Positions 51,673 through 64,000 of a stretch of DNA of 64,000 nucleotides are shown here, piece by piece. The notes beneath the pieces are model-generated. The model was not told where the DNA came from. It made no database searches and saw only the letters and a list, made by a program, of their open reading frames with translations. This DNA is from Schmidtea polychroa (Eukaryota), in contig CM097885.1 in assembly GCA_044892525.1 (NCBI GenBank), positions 930,001-994,000 of the forward strand, written 5' to 3'. Position numbers and translations under genes: made by a program. Position 1 is the stretch's first letter, and every line of letters begins with the position of its first letter.

Positions 51673-53182
51673 AATTATAATCATAATTTTCTTTAATTTA
51701 ACCCTTTATTTACTTAATTTAGCCCTTGTTTACCGAATATAGAAGTTTAAAATATAGACCATTGATTACATTAATTTAAAAATGTATCCCTTAATTTACA
51801 TAATTTCCATCTAAAATTATTTCAAAAAAATTTTTTTTCTAAAATTGTCATTGAAAAATATTTCATAAAAGTTTTCATTTAAAATTTTCATTGAAAAATA
51901 TTTCATAAAAATTTTTTTTAAAAATTATCTTAAAAATTATTCCATAAAAATTTTCATTAAAAAATTTCAATTCTCAAACACCTTCTATTATTTTGTTAAT
52001 AAATTTAAAATCTTACTTTAATTTGCTTATTACATTACTTATTTAAAAATTATTACTTTAATTTACTTATTTAAAATATTTGACCATTGATTACTTAATT
52101 TAAAAATTTGGACCTTAATTAACTTTAATTTAATTTTTAGAACCTTAATTTACTTTAATTTTAAATTTTGACCCTTAATTAACTTTAATTCAAAATTTGG
52201 ACATTAATTGAAAATTTTAGACCATACTTTTCCATAAAATTGTCATTGAAAAAATTTTTATTTCTCAGGCGCCGTTTAGTAGGTGGTTAGGAGCCCGCTT
52301 CAAATGCAAGCCGTTTTTTTGCTGCAACATTTGATTGCGCAATTGTTGGAACTTGTTTTTTTTTCTATTGAAAATACTAGAAAAAAAAAATAATCGTAGC
52401 TTACTGTACAACAAAAAAAAATGAGTTGCAACAATTGCGTAATCAAAATTTGCAGCAAAAAAAAAGTTGCCGCAGACCCCCTCCCCCCCCTAAAATTTTC
52501 AATTAAGGTCTAAAATTTTCAATTAAGTAATTAAAGTCTAAATTTCTCAATTACAGTAAATTATGGTTCTAAAAAATTAAATTACAGTAAATTATGGTCC
52601 AAATTTTCAAAAACAGTAAATTATGGTATATATTTTAAAACTTAAGTAAATTAAGGTCTAAAATTTAAAAGTAAAGTAAATTTCAATTAAGTAAAGTAAG
52701 GTCTAAAATTTTCAATTAAAGTAAATTAAGGTACAAATTTTGAATTAAAGTTAATTAAGGGTCAAAATTTAAAATTAAAGTAAATTAAGGTTCTAAAAAA
52801 TTAAATTAAAGTTAATTAAGGTCCAAATTTTTAAATTAAGTAATCAATGGTCAAATATTTTAAATAAGTAAATTAAAGTAATAATTTTTAAATAAGTAAT
52901 GTAATAAGCAATTTAAAGTAAGATTTTAAATTTATTAACAAAATAATAGAAGGTGTTTGAGAATTGAAATTTTTTAATGAAAATTTTTATGAAATATTTT
53001 TCAATGACAATTTTAGAAAAAAAAATTTTTTGAAATAATTTTAGATGGAAATTATTTAAATTAAGGGATACATTTTTAAATTAAAGTAATCAATGATCTA
53101 TATTTTAAACTTCTATATTCGGTAAACAAGGACTAAATTAAGTAAATAAAGGGTTAAATTAAAGAAAATTATGATTATAATT
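51673..53182. repeat. Long inverted repeat (~500-bp arms) with GC-richer palindromic core; also 56065-57807 and 60690-62199
   Basis: AATTATAATCATAATTTTCTTTAATTTAACCC... (51673) versus ...GGGTTAAATTAAAGAAAATTATGATTATAATT (53182). Inner IR at ~52314-52353 / ~52424-52463. Confidence 0.9.
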
Positions 53183-56100
53183 ATAATTAGATTTAAAGAA
53201 TAATTACCTTTTCATTTAACACTACAGTGTTAATTCTTACCATTTTAGAATAATATTTTTTATCAAAGTTCTTATCTTGATTTATTTAATTTTAATTGAA
53301 AGTAATGACGAAATAGAACGTGTTGTCTTCAATTTTAATGAATTAATTTGAAATATTATTTAGATAAATATTTGTGTTTAAGTTATTCCTTAGTAATATT
53401 TTTTTTAGAGTTGATGGTTTTTGTGAATTTTTATCATTTTCATGAATTTCATGTGGATAGAATGAATATTTAAAAATTTTAAGTTAGTTCTAAGATAAAT
53501 TTAATTAATTTCTTGATAATTGGATGCATTTTTATTGATTGGTTTTTTAATTTTAAATAAAAATTATTTTTAATGACAGTTAGGTTAATAATCACGTGAT
53601 AGGATATGACTTTGTAATAATATTTTTTTTCATATATTTTCTAAGAATTTCATGTAGATTTATTTAAAAATTTAAAGTTTTAATGACGATTTTATTTGAA
53701 TTTCTTGATAATTTGTTAAATTTTAAATAAAAATTAATTTTTTTTAATGACTGTTAGGTTAATAATTAAGTAATTGGTTTAATTTTAGATGACTTTGTAA
53801 TGCATTTGACTAAATAATTTTTTTCAATAATCTTCTAAGAATATTAACACATTGATGAACTTTTTTAAAAAAAACATAAGCTAAGAAACCAGTTAACCTT
53901 ATAAAGAACTTTAAATTTACTTGATAATTTACAGAAATAATATACAAAATTTAATTTACAGAAATAATTTACAAAATAATAATACAGAAATTTATGATTA
54001 AGTTTGCTTTTATGAACAATCAATATATATCATCTCTAGTTAGGTATTTGATAGGTGAAATATTTGTAGTAAATAATAAGTTTATTATGTCTTTGTTACA
54101 TAACTCGACTTTAGCGTCAAAATGTGTTTTTAAAATAAATTTTAATTTTAAAATACGGCAATGTAATATATTAATTTTTTCCTAACCTTCCTTGATTTTG
54201 ATTGGTTAGAATTTGTTACTATAAACAATAATAATCTATAAACAATAATAATCTATAAACAATAATCAATCATTAGTCACATTTAACAAATAATTAACCT
54301 TTAAAAATGAATTCTTTAATAGAAAACGTTATGAATGTTCGAGAAAAAATTCAGGAATTTGGTAAATTTTAATTTATTTATTAATTAATTTAGATAATAT
54401 TAATGAAGACAATTTAAAATCTTTTATTTTTTCTTAAATTTTACATTTACATTATATTCTAAAAAGAGAGTTAATTATAACAATAATATTTCAATTTGTA
54501 TAAAATTTTAATTAGTAATTATTCAATTTGAATAAAATATTTATTAGAAATTATTTAATTTATTATAAAATAAAACGCTGTGTTAATTTTAAATAAACTG
54601 GATATTAATTTTTTGGAAAAAATAAATAAATAAAATAGTCTAAAAGATTAAATTATGGTCTAAAATTTAAAATTTAAAAATTGAAAATTGAAAATTAAAA
54701 ACTAAACTAATCAAACTAAATCAAACGCTATAACCTTAATTCAAGAATTCACTAAAGTAGATCAGAAGATATTAATTATCAAAATGTAACAAAGACTCTG
54801 AAATTCATCAATTTCATCTAATGACCTGGTGATATTCAATACCATTCTCAAGAATGCTAAAGTCGGGAATTCTTTGAATTTAACAATTTCATCTAACTAT
54901 CCGGCGATATTCGATCCGATTCTATAAAGTATTTATCTTTGTAGTTGAATAAAAGTTTATTGTTGATTATAGTTTATCATTAATTATTTTTTTGTTAGGG
55001 GTGTTAAAGAAAATACTTGACTGATTCATTTTTCTCAGATAAAATTTGTTCTGTAATCGGGAAATTCAAGGATGAGAATAAAGGAAATCAATATAAAGAA
55101 TGGGTGTTTCTTCGTCCCAAGTGCTACTCACTCCAAGGCGATAAAACACTCTAAAAGCCAAAGGAATAAGACTTACAAATTCTAATATCACCCATGAAGC
55201 TTATAAAAAAAGTGTATACTGATGGTGGAACAGTGAGCATCCCATTAAAAAAGAATAGGAAGTGTCAATCATCAGTTGTATACTTTCATGACAGAAAAAC
55301 GAGCTCTCCAATGTTTGGACGATAAAAGGTATTGGTACAATTGTAATGAAAGCTATGCCTACGGTCACTATAAGATTCGTCACATGCATATTGCAACTTC
55401 TATGTCTAGAAATGAATGCAAATCGAAACAAGCACTTTAACAATTAAATTTATGTGAATAATAAAATATATATTGTGAATTATTTGACTTCGTTAATTAA
55501 AATATGTTTTATCATTTAATAATTCATTTGTCCAATTAATTTAGATAATTAGTTTTAAGTAAGAATTATTATTTATCATGAAAAACTTTGCTTTGTTTTG
55601 AAAAATTAATGCCCATTTTATTTTAAATTAACACAGCTTTATTTTATGATTATTACTAATTAAAATTTTATTCAAATTGAAATATTATTGTTACAATTTA
55701 CACTCTTGTTAGAATATATTAAATGTAAATATAAATTAATAACAATAAAAAAAAAATAATAATAATAATAAATAAATAAAAATTAAATTAAAAAAAAAAT
55801 TAATTAAATAACGTAAGTAATTAAAATAAAATATTAATAAATAATTAATTAATTAAATGTAATAAATTGAAAATTAACTAAAGTAATTAATTAAAACAAA
55901 AAACATAATAAAATAATTAATTAATAAATTTTAAAAAAAAATTAAATAGTAGTAATTAAATAAATTTAAAAAAAAAATAAATAGAAATGATTCTATTGAC
56001 CTATATTTGACCTGGACATTGGGATGACCTTGAAAGTGTCCTGGAGTCCTCACTATATACTACTAATTATAATCATAATTTTCTTTAATTTAACCCTTTA

Positions 56101-59100
56101 TTTACTTAATTTAGCCCTTGTTTACCGAATATAGAAGTTTAAAATATAGACCATTGATTACATTAATTTAAAAATGTATCCCTTAATTTACATAATTTCC
56201 ATCTAAAATTATTTCAAAAAAATTTTTTTTCTAAAATTGTCATTGAAAAATATTTCATAAAAGTTTTCATTTAAAATTTTCATTGAAAAATATTTCATAA
56301 AAATTTTTTTTAAAAATTATCTTAAAAATTATTCCATAAAAATTTTCATTAAAAAATTTCAATTCTCAAACACCTTCTATTATTTTGTTAATAAATTTAA
56401 AATCTTACTTTAATTTGCTTATTACATTACTTATTTAAAAATTATTACTTTAATTTACTTATTTAAAATATTTGACCATTGATTACTTAATTTAAAAATT
56501 TGGACCTTAATTAACTTTAATTTAATTTTTAGAACCTTAATTTACTTTAATTTTAAATTTTGACCCTTAATTAACTTTAATTCAAAATTTGGACATTAAT
56601 TGAAAATTTTAGACCATACTTTTCCATAAAATTGTCATTGAAAAAATTTTCATTTCTCAGGCGCCGTTTAGTAGGTGGTTAGGAGCCCGCTTCAAATGCA
56701 AGCCGTTTTTTTGCTGCAACATTTGATTGCGCAATTGTTGGAACTTGTTTTTTTTTCTATTGAAAATACTAGAAAAAAAAAATAATCGTAGCTTACTGTA
56801 CAACAAAAAAAATGAGTTGCAACAATTGCGTAATCAAAATTTGCAGCAAAAAAAAAGTTGCCGCAGACCCCCTCCCCCCACCTAAAATTTTCAATTAAGG
56901 TCTAAAATTTTCAATTAAGTAATTAAAGTCTAAATTTCTCAATTACAGTAAATTATGGTTCTAAAAAATTAAATTACAGTAAATTATGGTCCAAATTTTC
57001 AAAAACAGTAAATTATGGTATATATTTTAAAACTTAAGTAAATTAAGGTCTAAAATTTAAAAGTAAAGTAAATTTCAATTAAGTAAAGTAAGGTCTAAAA
57101 TTTTCAATTAAGGTCTAAAATTTTCAATTAAGTAATTAAAGTCTAAATTTCTCAATTACAGTAAATTATGGTTCTAAAAAATTAAATTACAGTAAATTAT
57201 GGTCCAAATTTTCAAAAACAGTAAATTATGGTATATATTTTAAAACTTAAGTAAATTAAGGTCTAAAATTTAAAAGTAAAGTAAATTTCAATTAAGTAAA
57301 GTAAGGTCTAAAATTTTCAATTAAGGTCTAAAATTTTCAATTAAAGTAAATTAAGGTACAAATTTTGAATTAAAGTTAATTAAGGGTCAAAATTTAAAAT
57401 TAAAGTAAATTAAGGTTCTAAAAAATTAAATTAAAGTTAATTAAGGTCCAAATTTTTAAATTAAGTAATCAATGGTCAAATATTTTAAATAAGTAAATTA
57501 AAGTAATAATTTTTAAATAAGTAATGTAATAAGCAAATTAAAGTAAGATTTTAAATTTATTAACAAAATAATTGAAGGTGTTTGAGAATTGAAATTTTTT
57601 AATGAAAATTTTTATGAAATATTTTTCAATGACAATTTTAGAAAAAAAAATTTTTTGAAATAATTTTAGATGGAAATTATTTAAATTAAGGGATACATTT
57701 TTAAATTAAAGTAATCAATGATCTATATTTTAAACTTCTATATTCGGTAAACAAGGACTAAATTAAGTAAATAAAGGGTTAAATTAAAGAAAATTATGAT
57801 TATAATTATAATTAGATTTAAAGAATAATTACCTTTTCATTTAACACTACAGTGTTAATTCTTACCATTTTAGAATAATATTTTTTATCAAAGTTCTTAT
57901 CTTGATTTATTTAATTTTAATTGAAAGTAATGACGAAATAGAACGTGTTGTCTTCAATTTTAATGAATTAATTTGAAATATTATTTAGATAAATATTTGT
58001 GTTTAAGGTATTCCTTAGTAATATTTCTTTTAGAGTTGATGGTTTTTGTGAATTTTTATCATTTTCATGAATTTCATGTGGATAGAATGAATATTTAAAA
58101 ATTTTAAGTTAGTTCTAAGATAAATTTAATTAATTTCTTGATAATTGGATGCATTTTTATTGATTGGTTTTTTAATTTTAAATAAAAATTATTTTTAATG
58201 ACAGTTAGGTTATTAATCACGTGATAGGATATGACTTTGTAATAATATTTTTTTTCATATATTTTCTAAGAATTTCATGTAGATTTATTTAAAAATTTAA
58301 AGTTTTAATGACGATTTTATTTGAATTTCTTGATAATTTGTTAAATTTTAAATAAAAATTAATTTTTTTTAATGACTGTTAGGTTAATAATTAAGTAATT
58401 GGTTTAATTTTAGATGACTTTGTAATGCATTTGACTAAATAATTTTTTTCAATAATCTTCTAAGAATATTAACACATTGATGAACTTTTTTAAAAAAAAC
58501 ATAAGCTAAGAAACCAGTTAACCTTATAAAGAACTTTAAATTTACTTGATAATTTACAGAAATAATATACAAAATTTAATTTACAGAAATAATTTACAAA
58601 ATAATAATACAGAAATTTATGATTAAGTTTGCTTTTATGAACAATCAATATATATCATCTCTAGTTAGGTATTTGATAGGTGAAATATTTGTAGTAAATA
58701 ATAAGTTTATTATGTCTTTGTTACATAACTCGACTTTAGCGTCAAAATGTGTTTTTAAAATAAATTTTAATTTTAAAATACGGCAATGTAATATATTAAT
58801 TTTTTCCTAACCTTCCTTGATTTTGATTGGTTAGAATTTGTTACTATAAACAATAATAATCTATAAACAATAATAATCTATAAACAATAATCAATCATTA
58901 GTCACATTTAACAAATAATTAACCTTTAAAAATGAATTCTTTAATAGAAAACGTTATGAATGTTCGAGAAAAAATTCAGGAATTTGGTAAATTTTAATTT
59001 ATTTATTAATTAATTTAGATAATATTAATGAAGACAATTTAAAATCTTTTATTTTTTCTTAAATTTTACATTTACATTATATTCTAAAAAGAGAGTTAAT

Positions 59101-62100
59101 TATAACAATAATATTTCAATTTGTATAAAATTTTAATTAGTAATTATTCAATTTGAATAAAATATTTATTAGAAATTATTTAATTTATTATAAAATAAAA
59201 CGCTGTGTTAATTTTAAATAAACTGGATATTAATTTTTTGGAAAAAATAAATAAATAAAATAGTCTAAAAGATTAAATTATGGTCTAAAATTTAAAATTT
59301 AAAAATTGAAAATTGAAAATTAAAAACTAAACTAATCAAACTAAATCAAACGCTATAACCTTAATTCAAGAATTCACTAAAGTAGATCAGAAGATATTAA
59401 TTATCAAAATGTAACAAAGACTCTGAAATTCATCAATTTCATCTAATGACCTGGTGATATTCAATACCATTCTCAAGAATGCTAAAGTCGGGAATTCTTT
59501 GAATTTAACAATTTCATCTAACTATCCGGCGATATTCGATCCGATTCTATAAAGTATTTATCTTTGTAGTTGAATAAAAGTTTATTGTTGATTATAGTTT
59601 ATCATTAATTATTTTTTTGTTAGGGGTGTTAAAGAAAATACTTGACTGATTCATTTTTCTCAGATAAAATTTGTTCTGTAATCGGGAAATTCAAGGATGA
59701 GAATAAAGGAAATCAATATAAAGAATGGGTGTTTCTTCGTCCCAAGTGCTACTCACTCCAAGGCGATAAAACACTCTAAAAGCCAAAGGAATAAGACTTA
59801 CAAATTCTAATATCACCCATGAAGCTTATAAAAAAAGTGTATACTGATGGTGGAACAGTGAGCATCCCATTAAAAAAGAATAGGAAGTGTCAATCATCAG
59901 TTGTATACTTTCATGACAGAAAAACGAGCTCTCCAATGTTTGGACGATAAAAGGTATTGGTACAATTGTAATGAAAGCTATGCCTACGGTCACTATAAGA
60001 TTCGTCACATGCATATTGCAACTTCTATGTCTAGAAATGAATGCAAATCGAAACAAGCACTTTAACAATTAAATTTATGTGAATAATAAAATATATATTG
60101 TGAATTATTTGACTTCGTTAATTAAAATATGTTTTATCATTTAATAATTCATTTGTCCAATTAATTTAGATAATTAGTTTTAAGTAAGAATTATTATTTA
60201 TCATGAAAAACTTTGCTTTGTTTTGAAAAATTAATGCCCATTTTATTTTAAATTAACACAGCTTTATTTTATGATTATTACTAATTAAAATTTTATTCAA
60301 ATTGAAATATTATTGTTACAATTTACACTCTTGTTAGAATATATTAAATGTAAATGTAAAATAATAACAATAAAAAAAAAATAATAATAATAATAAATAA
60401 ATAAAAATTAAATTAAAAAAAAAATTAATTAAATAACGTAAGTAATTAAAATAAAATATTAATAAATAATTAATTAATTAAATGTAATAAATTGAAAATT
60501 AACTAAAGTAATTAATTAAAACAAAAAACATAATAAAATAATTAATTAATAAATTTAAAAAAAAAATTAAATAGTAGTAATTAAATAAATTTAAAAAAAA
60601 AATAAATAGAAATGATTCTATTGACCTATATTTGACCTGGACATTGGGATGACCTTGAAAGTGTCCTGGAGTCCTCACTATATACTACTAATTATAATCA
60701 TAATTTTCTTTAATTTAACCCTTTATTTACTTAATTTAGCCCTTGTTTACCGAATATAGAAGTTTAAAATATAGACCATTGATTACATTAATTTAAAAAT
60801 GTATCCCTTAATTTACATAATTTCCATCTAAAATTATTTCAAAAAAATTTTTTTTCTAAAATTGTCATTGAAAAATATTTCATAAAAGTTTTCATTTAAA
60901 ATTTTCATTGAAAAATATTTCATAAAAATTTTTTTTAAAAATTATCTTAAAAATTATTCCATAAAAATTTTCATTAAAAAATTTCAATTCTCAAACACCT
61001 TCTATTATTTTGTTAATAAATTTAAAATCTTACTTTAATTTGCTTATTACATTACTTATTTAAAAATTATTACTTTAATTTACTTATTTAAAATATTTGA
61101 CCATTGATTACTTAATTTAAAAATTTGGACCTTAATTAACTTTAATTTAATTTTTAGAACCTTAATTTACTTTAATTTTAAATTTTGACCCTTAATTAAC
61201 TTTAATTCAAAATTTGGACATTAATTGAAAATTTTAGACCATACTTTTCCATAAAATTGTCATTGAAAAAATTTTCATTTCTCAGGCGCCGTTTAGTAGG
61301 TGGTTAGGAGCCCGCTTCAAATGCAAGCCGTTTTTTTGCTGCAACATTTGATTGCGCAATTGTTGGAACTTGTTTTTTTTTCTATTGAAAATACTAGAAA
61401 AAAAAAATAATCGTAGCTTACTGTACAACAAAAAAAATGAGTTGCAACAATTGCGTAATCAAAATTTGCAGCAAAAAAAAAGTTGCCGCAGACCCCCTCC
61501 CCCCACCTAAAATTTTCAATTAAGGTCTAAAATTTTCAATTAAGTAATTAAAGTCTAAATTTCTCAATTACAGTAAATTATGGTTCTAAAAAATTAAATT
61601 ACAGTAAATTATGGTCCAAATTTTCAAAAACAGTAAATTATGGTATATATTTTAAAACTTAAGTAAATTAAGGTCTAAAATTTAAAAGTAAAGTAAATTT
61701 CAATTAAGTAAAGTAAGGTCTAAAATTTTCAATTAAAGTAAATTAAGGTACAAATTTTGAATTAAAGTTAATTAAGGGTCAAAATTTAAAATTAAAGTAA
61801 AGTAAGGTTCTAAAAAATTAAATTAAAGTTAATTAAGGTCCAAATTTTTAAATTAAGTAATCAATGGTCAAATATTTTAAATAAGTAAATTAAAGTAATA
61901 ATTTTTAAATAAGTAATGTAATAAGCAATTTAAAGTAAGATTTTAAATTTATTAACAAAATAATAGAAGGTGTTTGAGAATTGAAATTTTTTAATGAAAA
62001 TTTTTATGAAATATTTTTCAATGACAATTTTAGAAAAAAAAATTTTTTGAAATAATTTTAGATGGAAATTATTTAAATTAAGGGATACATTTTTAAATTA

Positions 62101-64000
62101 AAGTAATCAATGATCTATATTTTAAACTTCTATATTCGGTAAACAAGGACTAAATTAAGTAAATAAAGGGTTAAATTAAAGAAAATTATGATTATAATTA
62201 TAATTAGATTTAAAGAATAATTACCTTTTCATTTAACACTACAGTGTTAATTCTTACCATTTTAGAATAATATTTTTTATCAAAGTTCTTATCTTGATTT
62301 ATTTAATTTTAATTGAAAGTAATGACGAAATAGAACGTGTTGTCTTCAATTTTAATGAATTAATTTGAAATATTATTTAGATAAATATTTGTGTTTAAGT
62401 TATTCCTTAGTATTATTTTTTTTAGAGTTGATGGTTTTTGTGAATTTTTATCATTTTCATGAATTTCATGTGGATAGAATGAATATTTAAAAATTTTAAG
62501 TTAGTTCTAAGATAAATTTAATTAATTTCTTGATAATTGGATGCATTTTTATTGATTGGTTTTTTAATTTTAAATAAAAATTATTTTTAATGACAGTTAG
62601 GTTAATAATCACGTGATAGGATATGACTTTGTAATAATATTTTTTTTCATATATTTTCTAAGAATTTCATGTAGATTTATTTAAAAATTTAAAGTTTTAA
62701 TGACGATTTTATTTGAATTTCTTGATAATTTGTTAAATTTTAAATAAAAATTAATTTTTTTTAATGACTCTTAGGTTAATAATTAAGTAATTGGTTTAAT
62801 TTTAGATGACTTTGTAATGCATTTGACTAAATAATTTTTTTCAATAATCTTCTAAGAATATTAACACATTGATGAACTTTTTTAAAAAAAACATAAGCTA
62901 AGAAACCAGTTAACCTTATAAAGAACTTTAAATTTACTTGATAATTTACAGAAATAATATACAAAATTTAATTTACAGAAATAATTTACAAAATAATAAT
63001 ACAGAAATTTATGATTAAGTTTGCTTTTATGAACAATCAATATATATCATCTCTAGTTAGGTATTTGATAGGTGAAATATTTGTAGTAAATAATAAGTTT
63101 ATTATGTCTTTGTTACATAACTCGACTTTAGCGTCAAAATGTGTTTTTAAAATAAATTTTAATTTTAAAATACGGCAATGTAATATATTAATTTTTTCCT
63201 AACCTTCCTTGATTTTGATTGGTTAGAATTTGTTACTATAAACAATAATAATCTATAAACAATAATAATCTATAAACAATAATCAATCATTAGTCACATT
63301 TAACAAATAATTAACCTTTAAAAATGAATTCTTTAATAGAAAACGTTATGAATGTTCGAGAAAAAATTCAGGAATTTGGTAAATTTTAATTTATTTATTA
63401 ATTAATTTAGATAATATTAATGAAGACAATTTAAAATCTTTTATTTTTTCTTAAATTTTACATTTACATTATATTCTAAAAAGAGAGTTAATTATAACAA
63501 TAATATTTCAATTTGTATAAAATTTTAATTAGTAATTATTCAATTTGAATAAAATATTTATTAGAAATTATTTAATTTATTATAAAATAAAACGCTGTGT
63601 TAATTTTAAATAAACTGGATATTAATTTTTTGGAAAAAATAAATAAATAAAATAGTCTAAAAGATTAAATTATGGTCTAAAATTTAAAATTTAAAAATTG
63701 AAAATTGAAAATTAAAAACTAAACTAATCAAACTAAATCAAACGCTATAACCTTAATTCAAGAATTCACTAAAGTAGATCAGAAGATATTAATTATCAAA
63801 ATGTAACAAAGACTCTGAAATTCATCAATTTCATCTAATGACCTGGTGATATTCAATACCATTCTCAAGAATGCTAAAGTCGGGAATTCTTTGAATTTAA
63901 CAATTTCATCTAACTATCCGGCGATATTCGATCCGATTCTATAAAGTATTTATCTTTGTAGTTGAATAAAAGTTTATTGTTGATTATAGTTTATCATTAA

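Larger units (their letters stand above)
48963..64000. repeat. ~4.4-kb tandem macrosatellite derived from Polinton-like ends (>3.3 units, runs off the window)
   Basis: Marker offsets 50809>55201 (4392), 55201>59826 (4625), 58619>63011 (4392). One unit has ~233 bp of extra subrepeats near 56890-57340. Confidence 0.96.

Overview
AT-rich eukaryotic, repeat-dominated region with no recognisable intact host gene. The element mix suggests a dugesiid planarian-like genome (inference only). 1-30 kb: a same-strand (minus) stack of decayed RLE non-LTR retrotransposons, comprising an R2-clade family (C2H2+Myb, RT, CCHC, RLE) and NeSL/R5-like families (zinc fingers, Ulp1-like domain, start of RT). It includes a 6752-bp tandem duplication and the 3' ~590 nt of a 28S rRNA gene with downstream spacer. 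30-46 kb: fragments of at least three Polinton/Maverick-type protein-primed DNA polymerase (pPolB) subfamilies. One near-complete pPolB gene has three spliceosomal-type introns and is interrupted by a 2295-bp Buster-type hAT transposon. 49-64 kb: a ~4.4-kb tandem macrosatellite built from Polinton termini and TIR pieces. Top oddities: (i) hairpins downstream of 28S whose stems copy conserved 28S sites; (ii) a 28S R2/R5-target-like motif in antisense at the 5' ends of diverged R5-like elements; (iii) an in-frame TGA conserved across diverged R5-like subfamilies; (iv) a spliced pPolB, possibly in a minimal TIR element. All alignments were made by eye, and boundaries marked ~ are approximate.
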